Shown: one piece after another, positions 54,860 to 64,000 of the stretch | Layout: the number at the start of each line of letters is the position of its first letter | How positions within the stretch are numbered: position 1 is the stretch's first letter | Assembly: GCA_951406725.2 (NCBI GenBank) | Contig: OX597824.1 | Location: forward strand, 61,132,001 to 61,196,000 | Direction: 5' to 3' | From: Octopus vulgaris | Taxonomy: Eukaryota | Length of the DNA stretch: 64,000 nucleotides | Notes under the pieces: model-generated | Databases searched by the model: none | What the model was told of the DNA's origin: nothing | What the model saw: only the letters and a program-made list of their open reading frames with translations | Translations under genes and position numbers: made by a program

Positions 54860-54911
54860 CATCCAAAGAATACCAGCTTCCAGCATGGGTGGCTACCCGC
54901 TTCTTGGACAT
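54860..54911 (-). CDS. MEMO1: MEMO1 first coding exon: MSKKRVATHAGSWYSLD
   Basis: R.A.HAGSWY N-terminal signature; donor G|gtaagt; 52 nt. The nine exons sum to 885 nt = 294 aa plus stop. Confidence 0.96.
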
Positions 54912-55339
54912 ATTCTGAAAGAGGCGTGAAGAGAGTAGCAGCAGTAAAAGTAGCGGTACCACTAGCAAAAGGATGGACAGCAGCAGGGTTTGGGAATTAT
55001 TGTGACTGAGGAACGACAGTGCCGTGTGGATCGGTTGGAAGAAGGCAACAGTTGCGACAGTGGGAACGGTTCTGCTGGTGGTGGTGCTGCTAGTGGTACC
55101 GTTTATGTGAGTGAGAGCCGCCGGGTGGGCAGCAGAAGTAGTGTCATCAAGGTAAGCCTGTTGACAGCTACAACTAGTGTAGTAGGAATAACGGTGAATG
55201 TAAATATCTATTTTTCTAGATTTGTAAAACCCCCGAAGAGATTTAAACAACCAAAGACCATTGATATATTATTAAAATATCTTTAAGTGCGAGTTTGACT
55301 GTGAGTGAATGTTGAACTTCGAAGAAAATAAATGTAATA

Positions 55340-55600
55340 TCACAACATTGAGCCGACACGACGTAGACGACGTTCCATGTAAAATATAATAAAACTAGAC
55401 TGAAATAAAAAATAAAGAGGGGAACGTCGTTGTCGTCACCGTTTCAGTAATGATAGTTCAACTTCCGGTGACAAAGAAGGAGTAAAGAGACAAAGTGTGA
55501 GGGCCAGTACGCGTGCGCCAGCGCATGCGATATCTCATTTCCGTCTCATAATTGTTTACAAATGTCGGTGATCTCGCGTGTCTTCTCCAATGTGTTTATT
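55340..55600 (-). promoter_or_regulatory. Likely MEMO1 promoter: CpG-rich, with ETS- and NRF1-like motifs
   Basis: ACTTCCGG at 55461; GCGTGCGC and GCGCATGCG at 55511-55529; TCTCGCG at 55572; local CpG enrichment. Confidence 0.65.
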
Positions 55601-55806
55601 AGTCACTGATTGACTTTCAGTCATTCGTTTCTCTTTTCCCTTCTTTGTCACTATAAGTATACATACAACCTCTGAGGTTTTCTGTCCAAAGTGCTTTTAA
55701 CTTAATATTTATACGCTATTATTTGTAAATTTATCTGCTTCTAGTAAAACCATTCTCAACTAACAACTGTATATATATGTAACCTACACACAGACATATA
55801 TATACG

Positions 55807-55846
<40 letters not shown>

Positions 55847-55899
55847 AAATACGTGTAACACGCACACACATATTTGACCGGCTTTTGTGGGTCAATATA

Positions 55900-56582
55900 A
55901 AGATCTTCACCCCTGAAAAAACCCCCCAACCTGCTGGGTGTTAACAAGTATGTAGAAAACGAATATGAAAAAAAAAATTGCGCTAACGACCCTGGGTGTG
56001 TGCGTGGGGGAGGGGGGGGGCTTTCGGAAAGTTCACAAGATACGATTTTTCCGTCATAACTTTCGCTAAAATTGATATATATATTGATTTTTTTACGGAA
56101 TCCCACGTTTTTAGTTATGGAGGATCCGATTCTGAAAAAAAAAAAAAAAATTCAAAACTCGCATTTCAAAATTTCATTTCCCTCCTTTCACACTTCATTT
56201 TTCACTTTTTCCGATTTTTTTTTCGAAATACTTAGAAAAATACGAAGATTACGATTCTGAAACAAATTTGTTAGTAAAATTTCAATTTTCAGCAATATAT
56301 AAATATATATATATACCACCAGGCCTTCAAGCAGGCTAACCACATGCTAGAAATAACAGCCAAATGTCACATAACTGCGATTGCAATGTAATCAATCTAC
56401 TCACCTTTCTGCAAAGATTTCTTTCAAAGTAAAATCGGATCTTGTGAATTTTCCGAAAGCCCTCCCCCCCGTCCCGGTCGTTAGCGCAATTTTTTTTTCA
56501 TATTCGTCTTCTACATACTTGTTAACACCCAGCAGGCTGGTTTGTTTGTTTGTTTTTTTTAGTTCATAGGTGAACATCTTTA
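55900..56582. mobile_element. MITE-like element with ~115-bp inverted arms
   Basis: 55927-56050 pairs with 56431-56540; the internal part resembles 57060-57300 and 8030-8200. Confidence 0.75.
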
Positions 56583-56850
56583 TATTTACCCTTTCGTGTA
56601 GCTGTCTGGTTGACTGTTTTATATATTTTATTTGTTGTTCCTTTATAACTCTGAAAAACACAAACTTTTAAACATCTTGCAGCCTTCGATAGTGTACAAT
56701 CATGTGAATAAAACTTAGAAAAATAATCTTTGGAGGAGTTTCAATTCATTCTTTTCCCCCTTTCATATCAGACCCGACTTTGTGAACGTCAACTATCGTA
56801 AAGTTTTAACATTTATCACTTTACAGTTCTATATTTAAGAGATGAGGAAT

Positions 56851-56957
56851 TTATGTACATTATTTACATTCGACGGATATTGTATTCATCTTGTTTGTTG
56901 TGTAAACAATAAACAAGATGAGGACAAATATCCGTCGAATGTAAATAATATAAATAA
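56851..56957. repeat. ~50-bp-stem hairpin
   Basis: ATTATTTACATTCGACGGATATT..TCATCTTGTTTGTTG, loop TGTAAA, then CAATAAACAAGATGA..AATATCCGTCGAATGTAAATAAT. Confidence 0.85.
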
Positions 56958-58760
56958 TTTTTCACTTTGTTTTTCAGATTTATATATTTGAAACATCAGT
57001 ATTATATAATGTAAAGAATCGAAAGGTGGAAGTAAAGGACATGGACCGCACCCCTTTTAGGTCATTTTGGGGGAGATGGGGTTCTACAGAAACCTACTTT
57101 TTCGACTGCGGAGATTCTGAATCTGCAAAAAAATAAAAGAAGTCAGCATTTCAAAATTTTAACTCCCCCCTATCCCACCCCACTCCCCAATTTTTCACTT
57201 TTTTTAAGAAATTGTTTTTGGCGAAATACGTAGAAAAATACGGAGATTATGATTCTGAAAGAAAAAATGTAAAATTTCAATTTTTCAAAAATAAATAGAT
57301 AAATAAATAAACACCCCTCCACTCTGCCAGCACATCTGTGCCAAAGTGAACATGTGGTTGAGGGTCTTTTGGAATTAAGAGAGGTATGTAAAATTAGTTT
57401 TTTTGCGAACACACAATAAAATAACATTTGAATTTTTTTTTTCTTTTTTGGTAATTTGTATTAAGAAAGTGGATCTTTGGTTTGAATTTTGTCGGACTTT
57501 CCAGCTGGAACATACATAAAAATGGAAGATTTTGAAAACCCCCAAAACACATTTTCAAAATTTTAATTTTCCCCTTCTCCACCCCTCTGGAGTAGCATAG
57601 CTTGCTAGATGTTAAATGCTTATTCACCCTTGAAAATATAGATTTCAAGTGAAATACATTCACTGATTTTACTTTAAGTGATGAGCAATGACTCAGAAAC
57701 AAGTCTCTGACTGCTGGGTGGAGGTGCTTATCTCCCCTTTAAAATCATAAGGCCACAAAATGTGTCAGGGGCAACTGGAAACGGGGTTTCCTAGGGCTAA
57801 ATAGCAGTAGCATTCTTCCCTTTCAAGGGACTGCCACATTAAGTTGGCAACATAACATCACTTTAAAGAAAATGCAATTTTAATGTAATCCTGTCAAAAT
57901 AATCATAATGCACGTAACTGAAAATGTCTGCCTGCAAAAATATGCACTTTATAGAAAGTTAAGCAAGTAAAGAAAGTCAGAGGATTATTCCCCGCTTGAA
58001 TGGGTTGGATGAATTTACTGTGGCAAATTTTTTACAGCAGGTTGCCCTTCCTGTCATCAAACCTCACTTGTTTCCAAACAAGATAATATATCCTCATCAA
58101 AGGATATGTTTTTGCAGAATATTGGAAATGAATTGGACTGCTTTTATGACTGGCATTCATTTATAAATATTCTGTGATGTCAAGACAAAGTGATGTAAAC
58201 AGGAACTCATGCACACTTATGCATACATACATACACACATGCACATACTATGGGCTTTCAGTTTGCACCTACCAAATCCATGCACAAGACTTTGGTGCCA
58301 TGCTGTGGGACTGAGTCCAAAATCATGTGATAGAACTGTAAACTTAAACACAGTCACTCGTGCAAGGTATATTCCACAAGACTCAGGTAAAACCCTTAAT
58401 GCTGCACATAGTGGTATCGTTGAATGCATTCAGGACTACACAACTGAATGGTTTTAAGTCACAGATATACATTAACCTCTGTCACACTCACTCTGGCATT
58501 CTGATTTAGGAGTGTCTGCAAGGGCCACAGGTACTGCTCTTCTGCCAAACCCAGTGTGTGTGTGTGTGTTCTTTTCTTTTCTTAATTATTTAAAGTCTTC
58601 CTATGAAGAAGGAGCTGGTTTCTAATGATATTGTATCTTCATTAGAAACCAGCTCCGTCATTGTTGGAAAGTACATAATAAAAACAATGTCACATTTTAA
58701 ACCTGAGAAAAGCCTTGCATAGTTTTACTGTTCAGCTTATAGATGTATTTGTAATATCAT

Positions 58761-60280
58761 CAGGTAATTAAGGTCATGGAGAGGGTCATAGCCCAACTAA
58801 TTAGGGAGAAAATCAGTTTAGATGAGATGCAGTTTGGGTTCGTACCAGGGAAAAGCACCACTGATGCTATATTTCTGGTAAGACAGCTGCAGGAGAAATA
58901 CATAGCCAAAGATAAACCTCTGTACCTGGCTTTTGTTGACATGGAGAAAGCCTTTGACAGGATCCCCGATCCATTATCCGGTGGTCAATGAGGAAACTAA
59001 GGATAGATGAATGGTTAGTGAGAGCTGTGCAAACCATGTACAGGGATGCTGGCAGTAAGGTGAGGGTTGGCAACGAGTACAGTGAAGAATTTTGGGTAGG
59101 TAGGGGCCCGCCAAGATTCAGTCCTTAACCCTCTCCTATTTATCACAGTCCTCCTGGCAATAACAGAGGAATTCAAGACAAGATGCCCCTGGGAGCTCCT
59201 CTATGCTAATGACCTTGCTCTAATTGCTGAGTCACTATCAGAATTGGAGGAGAAGTTTCAGGTGTGCAAGCAAGGATTAGAATCGAAAGGCCTCAGAGTC
59301 AACCTAGCTAAAACCAAAGTCCTAATATGTAGGAAAGCAGGCAAACCACTAATCCCTTCAGGTAGATGGCCCTGCTCAATCTGTAGAAAGGGCATAGGTT
59401 GAAACTCTATAAGATGTACCCAGTGTAAGCTATGGACACATAAGAGGTGCTACAATATCAAAGGAAGGCTAACTGGGAAGATAGTTTTTGTATGTGGCAG
59501 ATGCTCAGGAGCAATAAACACTGAATATGTGCAGAGAACAACTTCCGCCACATTCCAGGGAGAAAAACTAGAAGTATTTGATAGCTTTCATTATCTAGGT
59601 GACCAAATCAGTAGTGAGGGAGGGTGGACTGAAAGTGTAGCTGCTAGAATAAGAATAGCCTGGGCAAAATTCAGAGAGCTCTTAACTCTGCTGTTGACAA
59701 AGGGCCTCTTGCTCAGAGTAAAAGGTTGACTGTATGACATGTATACGAACAGCCATGCTACATGGCAGTGAAACATGGACTGTGACTGCTGAGGACATGT
59801 GTAAGCTCGCAAGGAATGAAGCCAGTATAATCCAATGGATGTGTAATGTCAGTGTGCATACTCGATAGAGCGTAAAAGTACCTTGAGAGAAAAGTTGGAC
59901 CTAAGAAGCATCAGATGTGGTGTGCAAGAGAGAGGACTGCGCTGGTATGGTCATGTGGCCAGAATGGACGAGGAAAGCTGTGTGAAAAAGTGCCACACCG
60001 TAACGGTTGAGGGAACCTGTGGAAGAGGTAGACCTAGAAAGACCTAGGATGAAGTGGTGAAGCACGACCTTTGAATATTAGCCCCCTCTGAGGCAATGAC
60101 TAGTGACTGAGACTTTTGGAAATATGCTGTGCTTGAGATGATCCGGCAAGCCAAGTGAGACCATAACCTCGTGGCCTATGCCAAGGGTGTAACCAGTCCT
60201 CTTATGCGTACCTTTCCTTCATTGGATACTAAACTCTGCTTGTGAAGACCTGTTGAGGCAAGTGAAATCAAAATCGAAAT
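58761..60280 (+). mobile_element. 5'-truncated RTE-clade LINE: disabled RT with a Cys/His finger insert and (GAAATC)n tail
   Basis: QFGFVPGKSTTDAIF, AFVDMEKAFDR, ELLYAND (YADD), FHYLG, GRGRPRK; internal stops and frameshifts. Confidence 0.9.
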
Positions 60281-60879
60281 CCATTTCTTTATCCTTTTCC
60301 TATCTCCTCTTGTGCACAAAACCTTCCCCATCTATTTCTATCTGCCTCTCTACCTATCTGCTGCCTTTCTCTCTTTACTACCTTCCATTTCTTCCTCTGT
60401 CAACTATGTACTGTCTATCTTTATTCCCTTTTTCTCTGCACTCTCTCTTTCTTATTACTAACCCTCTCTTATTACTAACCCTCTCTTTCTCACTTTCTTC
60501 ACTTTTTGGTACCAAAAGACCATCCAATTTTTTATCACTCATCTTTTTTCTACTTGACCAGTGTGTAGGTAAGACATTTTTTTTTTCATCTTCTGCCTAG
60601 CATTCATTTCAGACCCTCAGTTTATCTTTTCAGTTTTCATTCTTTTCTTTCTTTCTTCCTTTCTATCCCATTTTCATATCCTTCTTCTGAGCCCTCTCAT
60701 CATACCTTTGGAACCAAGCACCACTATTTTCTTTCTTTTTTGTTAGTTTTTGTCATGTACTATAATTTGTAATCTGTATTTTTACTGCTTATGTTTGCTT
60801 CACTTGATAAATTTCCGAAATTAAACATTTTAATATACAAAATATACTTCACATTATTACAGATACTATACATCCATGC

Positions 60880-61327
60880 AAAAAATATTGTGTTTATTGA
60901 CTATCTTCAAAATGATAATAACATCAATGGAAAGTTCAATGCCAACTGATGAATGGGATCTTGTTTCATTAGGACAATGCTTCAGTACACAAGTCCTTGG
61001 TTTCAATGGCTGCTGTGTGCGACTGGTTTTGAACTGGCTGATCACCCTTCCTATGTTAGTGATTTGGTTCCATCTGGTTATCATCTGTTTCCCAACATGA
61101 AAAATCACTCAGCTGGGCACCAGTATCACTGTGATGATGATGTCTTATGTGCTGTTGATGACTATTTTGACCAACAAGATAGCTCCTTCACCAGTGCAAT
61201 CCAAATACTGCAACTACTTATGGAAGTGTGTTGAAAGTAAGAGGAACTATGTTAAGAAATGAACTTCATTTGGTCACATTCCATGAGAGTGTCTTGCTCA
61301 GCCTATGAACATTTCAGCCAACACTCA
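60880..61327 (+). mobile_element. mariner transposase 3' remnant with right TIR
   Basis: GFELADHPSYVSDLVPSGYHLFPNMK corresponds to the HPPYSPDLAPSDYHLF motif; ends ..TTTCAGCCAACACTCA|TA. Confidence 0.8.
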
Positions 61328-62647
61328 TAATAATAAAAATTATTTTTATACCTGCATTTGTTTTAATGTTGACATTGAAAAAAAAAATCACATTTTATGT
61401 AAAAAATTTGGACACTGGTTTTCACCTACTAAGCAAATTTTGTTCCCAGGCCACTGGATACTCCTTCCTCTTTCCTTATGAGTCAAGATGCTTGAGGAAG
61501 GAGAGATTGCACTCTGGCAACCTTTACCCACTCATCCTTATTCTACTGTCATCATACTTCTGTTGGATGTATGAGTTTGAGGAATCACCCTGAATCCTCC
61601 TCGTCATTTAATCTCTTCTCCAAGCACCACAGTGGGGTACCACTGTGTCTCTTCCCATTCAACCTTCCCCACCACCCTTACCATTAATTCTCTGACACTA
61701 CTTTTCCCTTTCTCTCCTATTATCCTCTTTCCTAACACTATCTCTGTTCATTTTTCTCCTACCTCTTTTTCTCAACAATAAACCTGCTTTACTCCAATAA
61801 GAATTATCTTGGACTCAGACAACCTGTCCAACAGGATGATCCACCCCATCACTGGGTCTATCAATCCAATGCTCCATATTACCATTACTACGTGCTTGTC
61901 TCTCCTCACTCTTCTCCTCCCCCTCTTCCCTATCTCCATTACTCCTACCCCAACAATGGTTCCCTCTGTTTCCCCTTCCACTACCATCCTCTTATAACAT
62001 TAAATCTGTTTCATTCATCATGAGATCTCTCTTTCACTTTGCAAGTTACAAGGCACCCTAAACAGTGCTGGTGCCGCATAATGTACCCAATACACTCTGT
62101 AAGTGATTGGTAATGGATTTGAGCAGTGACAACAAACTGCATGAGAGGGCTCTTTGGTCTTGCTGATAACAAGGCAAACTCTATGGTGTTGGTGTCATAA
62201 AAAATGCACCCTGTACAGTGGCTAGTAAGGGCATCCAGCCATAGAAACCATAGCAATAATGAGATACTGATCCTCTGATCTTTTGAATACTATCAAAACT
62301 GTCCAAAGTAAACCATTATGGGGAATGTATTTAAAATGATGATAGTGAAGAAGATGATGATGGTGGTGATGATGACAGTGCTGCTGCTGCTGATTGTTGT
62401 TGTTGTTGTTGTTAAGCAACAAGACAGATAAGGGTGATTAGGTGATGGTCTAGGGTTTAGGGGCGGGAGACCCCAGACATTGTAAAAAATAAAACTTTGG
62501 TCATCTTGTTGTAGTCGAGGGCTCTTCGTTGATGCCCGACACTACTGGGAGGTGGCCCTCAAAGTCGCTGGAAATGGAGATCTCCAGGTCCAAATTCTTG
62601 AACGGCTGCTACTGCTGGTGATGATGATAACCATATCAGTAATACAG

Positions 62648-62859
62648 GTTTCAAATTTTGGCATAAGGCCAGCAATTTCAGGGGAGGAGTAAGTCAATTA
62701 GATCAACCCCAGTGCTCAACTGGTACTTATTTTATCGACCCCGAAAGGATGACAGGCAGAGTTGACATTGGCGGAATTTAAACTCAGGATTTGAAAACAA
62801 ACAAAATGTTGCTAAGCATTTCACCTGGCATGCTAACAATTCTGCCAGCTTGCTACCTT
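62648..62859 (-). mobile_element. Family A SINE
   Basis: Closely similar to 5413-5623. Confidence 0.8.
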
Positions 62860-63424
62860 AAACTTTATCATTAATATTGGCTTGTATCTGACATGGTTGA
62901 GATGATCTCTTAAAAAAATCACCATTAAACATTTTCCCACCAACATTAATTAAAACTAGATTAATAACATTAATAATTTCATAAGTTTCTGTTTCCTGGT
63001 CACATCCTCATCAAATCCAAATCATGTTTTCATTTTATTCTGTTAACTTTCTGCTTTGTCTCTCCAAATGACTTCATTAAGTTAATTATTTTCTCATGCA
63101 GAAATGAGTTCCCAGTAACAGCAACAGTTCTCATCTAATTTTGGCTTGCCTCTTTGGATGTCTGCCTGCCTGCCTGTGTGTGTGTGTCTCTCTCTCTCTT
63201 CTCTCTCTTTCCTCTCTCTCTCTCTTGCTTTCTCACCAATTTCATATCCCACTGTGTCACATGTGAATCATACTGGGCAAGATTCAATTGTTATGTTTTT
63301 ATCAATTTCATCATATGAGATGATCATCTCGTTAACATAGTGTTTCATTAACATATATAATAACACATGAAACATAGAATACTTTTACAGAAGAATCACG
63401 AAAACTTCATTGTAGAACTTTAAT

Positions 63425-63457
<33 letters not shown>

Positions 63458-64000
63458 TGCTTCTTGCTATGATTCTTGTTTTCATTTTACTATTCCTATT
63501 TTGGTAAAGATGGAATGGATTCTAATTATTAGGACAAGTTACTCATATGCTTCTTCACTACTTTACAATGACAGCGAGTCTTTAAAAATTCATCATCATC
63601 TAACGTCCATTTTTTGTGCTGGTTTGGGTTGGTTGACTTGACAGGACGTGAGGACTTTGAAGACGGCATTGTGCACCAATGCCATCATAGAAGACAAATC
63701 TTAAATAATGATGTTGATGATGATGACACATATTTATGAGGAACAATGATGATTTTCTTCTGTCTTTTTCTAATATATCTTGGCTCATTAGTGTAAGCAT
63801 AGAACAGTTATTAAATAACAAATAAATACATTACATCTTCCACATATCTATAACTAATTTTGCTAAAACAAAAAATTCTGTATTTTCCTCATAAATTCCA
63901 ATAAAAAATGCATTCCCCTTAAATATTTTCTGTTAATTGGTATTTTCCACTTATTAATTAATTCATTCAGGTATGTGTGCTCTTTGGCAAGGCATAGCAC

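Noticed and set aside
54990-55286. Plus-strand 98-aa ORF as a divergent gene
   Set aside because: Non-ATG start, low complexity, antisense to the MEMO1 leader, and no downstream exon found.
1-64000. CRISPR arrays, rRNA or prokaryotic operons
   Set aside because: No repeat-spacer periodicity or rRNA motifs; the sequence is intron-containing eukaryotic DNA.

Overview
Eukaryotic, AT-rich, microsatellite- and SINE-dense DNA. The repeat landscape (tRNA-derived SINEs, RTE/CR1/R4 LINE relics, (TA)n/(CA)n tracts) suggests an octopus or other coleoid genome; this is an inference. I assembled two minus-strand spliced genes by hand. (1) A complete 9-exon MEMO1 (CDS 54911->23731, 885 nt, 294 aa, all introns GT-AG, phases consistent). 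(2) A 3-exon gene for an unidentified ~100-aa coiled-coil protein (12784->6022). The rest is mostly transposon debris: a Helitron with an intact 3' terminus, mariner, Merlin-like, hAT and piggyBac MITEs, and RTE, CR1-like and R4-like LINEs. Most notable observations: a minimal type I hammerhead ribozyme fold (one core mutation) inside a direct-repeat-containing Penelope/retrozyme-like unit; several long fold-back structures; an in-frame hydrophobic extension upstream of the MEMO1 ATG; tandem decoy copies of the MEMO1 exon 5 donor; and a MITE carrying telomeric repeats just upstream of the small gene. All identifications are by eye and from recall; no searches were run.
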